From Eledone cirrhosa (lineage: Eukaryota), in assembly GCA_964016885.1 (NCBI GenBank), contig OZ024741.1, positions 280,426,001 to 280,490,000 of the forward strand: 64,000 bases of DNA. Direction: 5' to 3'. The position numbers and the translations under genes are program-made. Numbering within the stretch: position 1 is the stretch's first letter; each line of letters starts with the position of its first letter. Under the pieces are notes generated by a model. The model searched no databases. It saw only the letters and a program-made list of their open reading frames with translations, and was not told the origin of the DNA. Positions 26,591-37,502 of the stretch are shown piece by piece.

Positions 26591-26980
26591 CAAATAAATT
26601 ATCGAGAATCGGAACTTCGGCCCACGAAATAATGAAACACAATCTTCGAAATGTGAGGCAAAGTGCTCAATAGTTTGGATAAACCAGAGCTATAACTAAC
26701 GTTTAATACCAATATATATATATATATCAAGACCATTATTCAGCAAAGTACTTAGGATAGTAGAGTGGGTCCAACAACTGAGCTCTTGTCATTTCAACAA
26801 ATTCCATATCATCATCATCATCATCATCGTTTAACGTCCATCTTCCACGCTAGCATGGGTTTGGACGGGAATTTTCCCACTTGAGGCAAGATTGGTTGTC
26901 TTGCTCGTATAGGACTGTCTGGCGGGTTTTCTACGGCTGGATGCCCTTCCTAACACCAACCACGTTTACAGTGTGGACTG

Positions 26981-27029
<49 letters not shown>

Positions 27030-27030
<1 letters not shown>

Positions 27031-27321
27031 AAAACAAGATGGCGTAGGACAGAACAAAGGAGAGGCACAAAACAAAGAAAAGAAACCCCAGTCACTGAAG
27101 AGGTCGCAGAATGTGTGACGAAAGAACTTTGACAATATATGAACAACCATCCGGTTGTGGAACCAACCAACCCAAAATTTATAAAATTTATAATAAATTG
27201 AAGTGAAAGCAACTGGTGCGTGTGTTTCTTATTGGCAACATGACCCTCCCAAAGTATAACAATATCGGTTTCAACACACGTTTTCAGATGAAGAATCTTG
27301 CTAAACAAATTCAGAAACAAA
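27030..27321 (+). mobile_element. Probable Penelope-like pseudo-LTR fragment in a (TA)n tract
   Basis: Unique insert between (TA)n runs carrying the hammerhead motif and AATAAA. Confidence 0.55.
27091..27133 (+). ncRNA. Minimal type-I hammerhead ribozyme motif (Penelope-type)
   Basis: GUCA-CUGAAGA-G-GUCGCA(GAAUG)UGUGAC-GAAA-GAACU-U-UGAC: stem I 4 bp, stem II 6 bp, vestigial stem III. Lies inside a ~290-bp insert in (TA)n. Confidence 0.65.
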
Positions 27322-27356
<35 letters not shown>

Positions 27357-27604
27357 AGTGTACTGCCCACATACAGACATGCTCTTTGAACAACGTGAGT
27401 GTGCACACACACCTCCTCTCACACACAGAGCACATTATAGAATCATAAACACAAAATAGACACATACACGCATACATTAATTTTAGCAACCAAAACATAC
27501 TATGGAGAATACTTTTATCTCAGTCACATAATGCAAAGGGTAACTTAATCAATACCTTGTTTCTAACCAGGATGTATATGTTGACATTACCAATATGTTG
27601 GTGT

Positions 27605-27675
27605 CTCACTCTCGCACAGACATAGACACAGACATACACACACAGACATACACATACACACAATCTCAGACATAT

Positions 27676-27718
<43 letters not shown>

Positions 27719-27970
27719 CAGACATATATACACACACACATACATACACACAGATACAGACATACACACACAGATACAGACATACACACACACAGACATA
27801 CATACACAAGCACTGACATGCTTACACACTCACACCCACACACACACACACATACACTGACAGTCACATACACACAGCCACACCCACACAGAGACAGACA
27901 TACACACCCACACAAACACATACTCACACAGACATATACACTCTTACACAGACATACACACACACATACA
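27605..27970. repeat. Degenerate (CA)n microsatellite
   Basis: Direct reading. Confidence 0.9.
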
Positions 27971-28770
27971 GTTAATCTGGTTATCTTGTTGTTATGACTC
28001 ATACTTGAGCAGGTTTAGCTGGGCCTCCAATGAGGTTGCGTCTCATATGTGGTTTCCTGAGTGTTTTAATGATAAGGATCCCAGTCTTATCATGTCACTT
28101 TTCTATTGTTGTGAGATGGAATTTGAACTCGGGACATACAGAGCTGGAACAGCTACTGCAAAGTATCCTGTCTAACAATCTAATTACTCCACCAGTCCAT
28201 TACCCTACCACAGGCATTTTATCGACTCTAAAAGAATGACCAGCCATGATAAATTTAGTGGAATTTGAATGCAGACATGTGAGAGCTGGAACAAATTCAA
28301 TCCAATCTAATCCAAGGCCTCGCTCCTGTTGGAGGAACCCTCCCTAGTTGACCTCCACTGCTTTCTCTCTTGCCACCCCATGGAGCTCGCTTGTCACCCA
28401 ATGGAGCCATCTTGTCACACAATGCTCCATGGGGAGGGGTAACTAAAGAAAAAGAAGACATTTAACTCCATGCACATCACTTCACCAGCTGGCAGAAAAT
28501 AGGTAGCAGATCTATGAAGGCTACCTGAGATATATTGTTACCCTAACACAGTCAACTCGATCTCCCCACGCCAGAAAATACCAGTAATGGATCTGTAAGG
28601 TTATGCTTCATATACCATCTCACTAGTTTTTCATTGTCAATTATGTAAATAAATAATAGCTAATAATAATAATTAGTGATGATGGAGTGGGGGATAAAAG
28701 CAGATCAAACTGAGTTTTGTCTTATTTGATCTACACTTGGTAAATGACAATATTTTCTTTTAATGCCAAG

Positions 28771-28802
<32 letters not shown>

Positions 28803-29500
28803 CTAGCTGGCACCGTGCCGTCAAAAACTAACTGTAATATGTATACATAATATAAAAAAAAGAGATGCTTGTTTGTTGGTTGGTTGGTTGGTTCCTTTGC
28901 GCTCACTCACACAAGTGATACAAACACATAACTGTGACGAATCTTAGAACGCTGGACTTCTATAGTTTCTCACTCCCTCCTTCCATCAGTCATGTGTGTG
29001 TGTATATAATAATTATTTTTTCTAAGTGTGTTTGTTTATATATATGTATGTGTAGATATATGTGTGTTTGTAATTTTATTGTCTATGTATTTTTTTAAAT
29101 AAACACACACAAACACATATGCACTCACACAAATATATATACATATAATTTACACTAACACAGAATTATAACAGCCAATGTGTGTAGCTAATTCGCTTTA
29201 CATATAGACACACATAGATGTAGCGAATATTTGACACTGCCACCCCATCACCCCTTCCTTCCTAAGTCGACGTCATCACCCCTTCCTTCCTAAGTCGACA
29301 TTATGACCCCTTCCTTTTTCGGTCGACATTAGCACCCCTTCCTTTTTCGGTGGATATTATCACCCCTTCCTTTTTTAGTCGACGTTATCACCCCTTCCTT
29401 TTTCAGTCGACGTTATCACCATTCTTTCGTCAGTTTGTCATTACCCCTTACTTCCTCAGTCAACTCTTGTGATGGACAAATATACGTATATTAGTATATA
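28803..29500 (-). mobile_element. Probable non-autonomous Helitron-like element with an internal 28-bp minisatellite
   Basis: The minus strand starts TATACTAATA and ends with a GC-rich palindrome GGCAC-G-GTGCC shortly before CTAG|T. About 7 copies of a 28-bp unit at 29247-29460. Confidence 0.55.
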
Positions 29501-29925
29501 TATATAGAGAGAGAGACAGAGAGAAAGATAACTTATTTAGACAAGAAAAATAAATAAGCCACAAAACGATTTCGTTAAGACAAAACATATATCAATAAAA
29601 CACAGATTACAGTTTTTAATTAATCAATAGATAATTGGTAATATTGATATGGGTGGGGTTTGAAAGCAGATCAAAATATCTAATCTAGGGCTGTTATCAT
29701 TAATGTCGGTTTGATGAAAGGTAGGTCAGAAGAGATTATAGAGATGAGATGCTGGAGTAAAGGTAAATAGATGTATGATGCATACAAGAGGTACAATGGA
29801 GGTGGGAGTGACTCCTCCATATTTTTCTTGGGAAGGGTGGGTCACAGCAGCAGATGTGTGGTGGGTGGCAGAAGGTATATTGTTAGCAGAGAAATTAATA
29901 AAGTAATTAAAATAGCAATAGTATA

Positions 29926-30362
29926 TCTTCTTCTTTTCTTCGCCCACTTATTCCTGAGAAGGTCGTGGGGGTAGAGTCCTCAAGCATTTCCTCCAACTGG
30001 TCCTGTCAGAAACAACCATCTCCAACTGATCTGGCTGGATCCTTAAGTGTGACCAACCAAGCTTATGGATGTTATCCAATCATCTTGCTTGGGGTCTACC
30101 CCTGAGTCTCCTGCTGGTTGGTTTCACCCGTAAAATCTGTCCAACGATTCTTTCCTGAGACATTCTAACCACATGCCCATGGTATCAGAGCTGTGATATC
30201 TCAATTCGGAGAAGTAGCGACTCTACATGGAATGACTCTCCGATCTCCGAGTTACACACTTTATCGAGTAATGTTACTCCAAAGACCCTTTGGAGGAACC
30301 CCATTTAGGCTACTTGTATTCGTGATCGTATTCTTTCGGTCATTACCCAAAATTCAGGACTA
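29926..30362 (-). mobile_element. 3' fragment of the second RTE-like family (related pieces at about 47228-47560 and 54050-54440)
   Basis: (CTT)n tail on +; minus-strand W.GHVVRM...GRP..RW motifs; three mutually similar copies in the window. Confidence 0.72.
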
Positions 30363-30972
30363 TAGTATATGCCAGAATAATTAAAATTAGACTAACTAAG
30401 GGCTACAACACCACAGCAACAGTGAATATCTGTAAACACACCACAATTATGACTGGCAGATGAAAAGAATGACTGTTTTTATGAAATCCTCCTGCAAACT
30501 ACAATGATGAGGAATAACAGCAACCTCATTATCATGGCTGGTGAGTTAAATGGATATGATATGGAATGCCATAATGATTTCTCCTATAAGGTGGCACCAG
30601 CACTAGAGATGTTATGTTGTGACAGAAATATCCTTATAACCCATGTTATACAGTTAAATGCCCTTCCTATCGTCAACCACCTTACAATGTGGCATTAGTA
30701 CTAGAGAGGTTGTCAGATTGTGAGAGAATGGTCCTCACAACCCCTTTTGACATGGTTTCTATGGTTGGGAGTCCTACCTAACATCAACCATCCACATTTA
30801 TTGATAAAATAGTGTATTTATTTCTACTGCAGATTTAAAAGTAAATACCAATGAAAGAAGCTATTCTCTTCATCTCTCTTACACTGAAGTGTGTCTTTAA
30901 GTGTTAATTCTTCCAAGTTCATCTGTTTACCCCAAACCTGACTTTAACTTCATTTCTATTTTCTCCTTTCAG

Positions 30973-31096
30973 ATTAGAGTCTCAATCTAATTCGCAGCAA
31001 GAACGGTTTGAAGTGATAAAAATGGAAAGGAATTCCTATCGAAAAGAACTTGACACATGTGCTGACAGTGATTTGTACTTAACCCAGTTGAAAGCG
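30973..31096 (+). CDS. CCDC186: CCDC186-like coding exon 2 (LESQSNSQQERFEVIKMERNSYRKELDTCADSDLYLTQLKA)
   Basis: ttctcctttcAG acceptor and GTATGT donor. Its 124 nt bridge the phase-2 end of exon 1 to the phase-0 start of exon 3. Open coiled-coil-like frame, not in the ORF track. Confidence 0.85.
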
Positions 31097-32321
31097 GTAT
31101 GTTATAAAATGATACTAGGAAATATATTTTTATTGTTATTTTGTATATTCTATGAAAAGTCCTACTTGAACTAGTGATGATGATGATGGTGGTGGTGGTT
31201 ATGAGGTTTGTGATGTTGGGGGTGATGATGGTAATCTTCGCTTTTCCCACCTTGTCCTCCTCTTTCAATTAATCTGGTTTTCTAAGCTTGCAATATTTGA
31301 TAAGTTGTTATGCAATAAACATGTGTACATGGAAGTCTTCATCATTTACTCTTATGGGTGTATATATATACACACACACACACACGACAGGCTTCTGCAG
31401 TTTCCATCCACCAAATTTCACTGATATCTATAATAAAAGACTGGCTCAAGGTGTCACACAGACATGCCTGTACCTCTGCATTATCTAGGTAGTATAGAAC
31501 ATAAAGATCATAAGATGTAGAACATTCATTATCATCAGCATTTAATGTCTGCTTTCCCTGCTTTCTAAGCCAGTACTTATCATCATTTAATGTCCATTTT
31601 CCCTGTTAGCAAGGGTTGGACAGGTCATTACAGATGAAGTCAGTACTTAATTGCAGCTAACAAGTGCATTGTTCAAGAATGGCAATTACATTGGTGCTGC
31701 TACTGCACACTGATTAATATGAGCAGATGGAAATTGCCAAACTTAGTCATGCATCTTAAAGTTGAGATGCTTTTGAAAAACAAACTCAGGTCTGGCTACA
31801 GTTCTGACTTGGAGGTGTTCAGCCATTATTGCTGAGAAACAGCTTGACACCATCACTCTAATGAGCAAGTGTGCAAAACATTGTTAATGATCTCACTGTT
31901 TCTCTCATACTGGATGAGATAATTTGATGTTATATAGAATGGGATGGTTATATATATATCCCAGCCCTCACTGTAAAGTGGTTGTGTAAGCCTCATGACA
32001 AAAAGCACCCAGTCCACACTGTAAAGTGGTCGTGTTGGTGACACGACGAAAAGCAGTCAGTACTCTCTGTAAATGAGGTTGCCGTTAGGAAGGGCATCCA
32101 GTTGTGGAAACCAAGCCCAAATCATTTCTGTATGTTCAAGACATGGTCATCTGACCTAGAATTGCTTTCAACATGACAACTTGTCTAACTCATGTTAGCA
32201 TGGAAAAATGGATGTCAAATAGTGATGATGATGATATATATATATATATATTTAATTGTTTTTCCTTAAAACAGTAATTTAAAAAAATTTGTTGTTGTTA
32301 TTGTTGTTATTATTATTATTA

Positions 32322-33078
32322 TTTGCTGTCAACACCTGTTGCGTGGAGGACTAGGCATGCCGTGGCTAATGATGCGCAAACATGCGCTGAGGCTGCGACA
32401 TCTCTGGTGCTTCTTTGACGGTGAACAAGTGTGGTGTCAGCCGAGATGCGCGCAGGGCGACGAAACTGTGCTGCACGCATTTGTTCAGTGCCCGAGGATT
32501 GCTGACTTGTGGAGCTATGTCGAACAGCTGCTGTCGCGTGTAGGACGGATCCGGTTATCAAATGAGTCTATTGTGCAGATAGCCCCGCCATCCTCCTTTA
32601 AAGAGGAGGAAAGGCAGGCAGTTTTCATCTGCCTGGTGGCCATGACGAAAGAGATTGTGTGGTGGACAAGGTTGAAAGGGCTGAAGATGGACACTTTCCT
32701 CTTCGGCCAATCCCTGATTAACTTTTTCAAGTTTCACTTGAAGAGGAAAATCAGGGTGGAGAGGTAAGTGCTGTCTTCTAGTAAGTTTGTTGAAAGGTGG
32801 GTGAAAGTGGCGAGTCTGGTCTGTGTATGAGACTGAGGAGTAGGAAAACTGAGAGAGGGCGCTTGCCCTGGTGGTCAGGGTGGCCGTGGTCTTTTGTGTG
32901 GTTTTCGCCACGAGTGACCCTCGGTTTTGTTGTTTGAATTTTTTTTTTTTTTTTTTTTAAATATTTCTATCTTTTTACACGGCCAAAACCCACTTTGTAT
33001 CATCCTGTGCCGTCTGTAATGTTTTTCTTCATATTAGCCCTTGTGGCCAATAAAGAAACCATTATTATTATTATTATT
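32322..33078 (+). mobile_element. L1/Tx1-like LINE 3' fragment with CCHC knuckle, AATAAA and (ATT)n tail
   Basis: (C)PRCAQGDETVLHAFVQCP knuckle, GC-rich, flanked by (ATT)n. A second copy of the 3' end lies at about 33300-33441. Confidence 0.75.
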
Positions 33079-33447
33079 AACTGCTTTGACACATAGAGTT
33101 ACGGCTCTTGCCATTCTGAGTTCAAATCCCGCCGAGGTTAACTTTGCCTTTCATCCTTACGGGGTCGATAAAATAAAGTACCAGTAATGCACTGGGTAAT
33201 TTCTGGCCTTGCGCCAATAGTTGGGGAATTTTTCATTGTTTCAATTTTCATTTTTATTGTTTATATATATATATGTTTCTATGTCTTTTTTTCCTTCTTT
33301 TCTTATATAAATAATAAAAATCTTTACACGCACAAAACCCACATCGAACCGTCCTGTGCCATCTCTAATGTTTTTCTTGATGTCAGCCCTTGTGGCCAAT
33401 AAAGAAATCATTATTATTAAATCATTATTATTATTATTATTGTACAG

Positions 33448-33576
33448 TTGGAAGAAAACCTTGTCCAGAAAGATAATGAAATCCGAGCCGCAAAAGAAAA
33501 GCTATCTTCCCAAGAAATATTGGCTAAGAAAACTGTTAGCGATTTTCAGAATGAATATAAAAGTAAAGTCCACCAG
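33448..33576 (+). CDS. CCDC186: CCDC186-like coding exon 3 (LEENLVQKDNEIR...KSKVHQ)
   Basis: tacAG acceptor, GTAGGT donor, 129 nt, phase 0/0, coiled-coil composition. Confidence 0.88.
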
Positions 33577-34462
33577 GTAGGTTTCTATAACGCAAATTTC
33601 AGAATATATATCTATAAAGTGGTTTGTGATAAGAACATTCATCTGTAGAAAGCTTACCAAACAAAGGGTTAGAAGAACCCTCCAGTTGTGTCAAAGACAT
33701 GACAACCTCCTTAGTGTTTGCGAACTACACAATAAATGCACCCACTATATGCTGTAAAGTGGTTGGTGATAGGGAGGGCATCCATCTATAAATAATTGCC
33801 AAAGAATATGACAACCACTCAAGTTGTTTGGTGTTCTACATGATAAAAGCACCCAGTACATGCTGTAAAGTGGTTGGTGTTAGGAAGAGCACCCATCTGT
33901 AGAAAGCTTGCAAAACAAAAGGATGTGAGGACCTTCTAGTGCTGGTGCCACAATAAAATGCAGTTGGTAGAGCGTGGAATCATATGTGAGATGTAAACCC
34001 CCCCCGCCTGTCTGGGAAGTCTGTGGCCCTGCTTCAGTACAGAATTGGTCTGTGAAGACCCATCCAACCCTTGCTAGCATGGAAAGTGGGCATTAAAAGA
34101 TGATGATGATACATACACACACACACTATTGGTGAGCTTGATATATAGAACAAGTGGACCAGTATTAAAAACAGCTCAATGTGTGATTGGAAGCATTAAC
34201 ACAGCAGCTGGGTATATATATATTGTTGGATGTGATTTGAGTGAGTCTTGCTGCTATTTCTAGCATATCAAACGACCATATAGGGACACCTTGGTTTTAT
34301 AAATACCATTCAAGTTCCTGAAATTGATATACCCAACTATATCCCTCTCCCAAAATGTGTAGCCTTCTGCTTATCTTAGAAATCAGTATTGTGTTAGACT
34401 GTCGATAAATTGTCTCAAAATTTACATCTAAGTAAACTTTTTTTTTCTATGTTGTTGTTTAG

Positions 34463-34675
34463 TTAACTAAGATTGCTGAAGAAAACAAGCGAGAGAAGGA
34501 AGAGATGGTAATGAAATATGCCCAAGCAGAACGTAAAGGTTTAGAGATGCAGAAAGCATTTGAACGGCTAGAGGTTCGATTGAGAGAAAGTTCAAAAGAA
34601 AAGGAAACATTGCAAACTAGATTCAATAACATGAAGGTTGAACGACAAAAGTACATTTCTCGTCTGGAAAGCAAG
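34463..34675 (+). CDS. CCDC186: CCDC186-like coding exon 4 (LTKIAEENKREKEEMVMKYAQAE...RLESK)
   Basis: tttAG acceptor, GTATTA donor, 213 nt. The 'E..VMKY...E' motif resembles CCDC186 as I recall it. Confidence 0.9.
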
Positions 34676-37374
34676 GTATTACTTTATTTCTTCTTTTTAT
34701 TTTTTTTGCAAATCAATTATTTTTAGTGTATATATGTATGTGTGAGTTGTTAAAAAAAGTCACTGGTTAATTTTAAATGTTAATATTTTGATATAAAGCA
34801 CAAAGTGTTCATGCAGGGGGGTGCTATAAGATAGCATATGAAATAGGGTGAAGACCCTCAAAGACAGAAAAAGAAGTTGCCTCTATGTAACTTCGAACCC
34901 CATATTATCCAGATAGCTGGTATCTGGGAGATATGGGATTCGATTCCGCATACCAGCTGATGGTAACTTCTTTTTAAGCTTCTTAACTTTTCTAATTTGT
35001 TTTAGAAAATCTGAAATAGTTGAAATGTCAGCTTCCAATGCTTGTGCTATTCCTCAAATATAAACAGACATAACTGATTCCTTCCATTAAACATGAAGCT
35101 GATCATCTGTAGCAAAAGAACACTTGCTCTGCTCTCTTCATTTTAAGTCTTACTTCTCTATTATGAAACATTTCTAATCTATATATTTAAAAATGGTGTC
35201 TTCAGATTATCCTAGATTAATGCTGCAAGCAGTCTAAGGAAATTTATCACCAATTTTAAAGAAACATAATATATAAACCTTATTTCATAAATATGAGAAA
35301 AATGATGTTTCAACTTTATTTCATATTGAAAATATTTTCAAAGCTTTTTACATGCAAAGTTTATAACTAGAAATATGTAACACTGTTTCAATTGAGCCTT
35401 GTTACCACATACAACTACAATATTGACTTTTAATTTCGAAACAAGGCCAGCAATTTTTTAGGGGAAAGGTGAAGTTGATTAAATCAATCCAGTACTTGAC
35501 TGGTACTTTATTTTATCAATCCTGAACGGATGAAAAGTAAGGTTGACTTTGGTGGGATTTGAACTCAATGTAAACATGCAGAACAAATACCTCACTGGCA
35601 TTTTATCTAACTCTCTACCAGTTCTGCCAATCCACTGCCCTACCTTCTTATTTCATATTGAAAACATTTTCCAGGCTTTTAAATTGCAAAGTTTAAAAGT
35701 ATGAATAAGAAACATTAATCTTTCAACTGAAACATGTTGCCACATGCAACTAAAATATTAACATCATGTATATATAGTCAATCTCTAGAACTTTTACAAA
35801 GTCTGAGAAGATAAAAGTTAATATAAAGAATGAAGTTAATGAATTCTAAACATAAAAATGGAGTTATTTTGAAATGTGATCAACAACACACAAATGTTTT
35901 AAGCCTGTCTTTCCTTGCTAAAGCAGAGGTCAGATTTGCAGCTCCCACAAGCTTCTCCATTTTACCTTATCATCTGTATTCCCCCATCAAACTGCTGGCT
36001 ATCATTACCTCCTCTATTATCTTTAGCCATGAATTTCTTGGTCTTCCCCTTTCCTCTACTTCCTTCTGAAATTCACTTTCATCGCCCCTCCCACCCTGTC
36101 ACTTTCATCCTTCCACAACCCATGACCCAGCCATCCCATTCCATTTCTCTTCACAGTATTCATCATTGGTTCTATTCCTCTCACCTAGTCACTTACATCC
36201 TTCCTCAACACATGACCCAGCCATCCCACTCCATTTCTTCTCACAACATTCGTCACTAGCTCTATTCTCATTATTGTCTGCAATTCATTGTTTTCTTCCT
36301 CTTTCTGAGCAATGCTCTGCTCATCCACTTTAAAATGTTATCCAGGCTGCATGTTGGGTGACTAAAAAGAAATATCTATTTCTGATTGCATCAGGGCCTC
36401 TGTTGACGGCTGAATCCAACAGAATATTATGATTGCTTGTGGTGGTTTGCAATTGGTATAATCCCCTCCAACTTTCTCACTGAGAGCAAGTGTGCTACCC
36501 TATTGGTTTACATCAACGAAAAAGAAGAGATACACATTCTGTGTTAAATGAAAACTATTAATCAGTCAAAATTGAACACAACATGGCTGGTCCACAGATT
36601 AGAAGCTCATTGACCTGAGCTATGGACAATTACTTCATGTGCCATAATCTCATTATCTACCACCCACTGACTACCAGTTTTTAAAGCATTTATACAGCTT
36701 TTAATAGTTGAAGGCAAAGCCAACTGTTGCAATTAATAACAGCCAATAGCTATTGATTCTGAGAACATTTATAACCAGGCAGTAGGAAGTCATGTTGACT
36801 CTTTAGCAAACAACACTTCTCAAATATCTTATTATTACTATCTCTTCTGGATTAGGATCAATCATGGCTTTTTCGGTTTCTTTTTTTACAAGCTAAATAT
36901 TATTTGTTTACATGGAATATACATATAAAAGTATTATAGTTTCCCTCCATGTAAATCATCATCTTAACATCCACCCTTCCATATTGGCATGGGTTAGACT
37001 GAACTTTTTGAAGTAGTATTCTATGGCCAGGTGCCTTTCTTGATGCTAACCTTTTTAGCTACTTTTTATGACATGCAAGAATATGGTGTATCTATTTTAA
37101 AATCAAGTCACACACTCTCTCTCACACACACATACACACACACACTCTCTCACTCACACACGTTCTCTTTTTCACACAGACACACACATTCTCTCACTCA
37201 GATATACATACTCTCCTTCACTCACACACACACTTTCTCTCATTCTCTCACTCACACATAACTATATACATTTAGACCATTCTGAAAAGTTTAGTACCAG
37301 TAGAGTAGAAATAATAAGTTTATGATTCTTTTCACAACCAAGGCTTCTGTGGTTAGAGAGGCCGACCTGCTGGC

Positions 37375-37502
37375 CCTTCCGGTTGAGCACCCTTCCGGTT
37401 GAGCACCCTTCCGGTTGAGCACCCTTCCGGTTGAGCACCCTTCCGGTTGAGCACCCTTCCGGTTGAGCACCCTTCCGGTCAAGCACTCTTCCTGTCGAGC
37501 AC
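37375..37502. repeat. 16-bp tandem repeat (CCTTCCGGTTGAGCAC) x8 within the putative Gypsy LTR
   Basis: Six perfect and two variant units read directly. Confidence 0.92.

Noticed and set aside
28376-28434. 11-bp inverted repeat CCCCATGGAGC/GCTCCATGGGG
   Set aside because: Short and isolated, with no family or context support.
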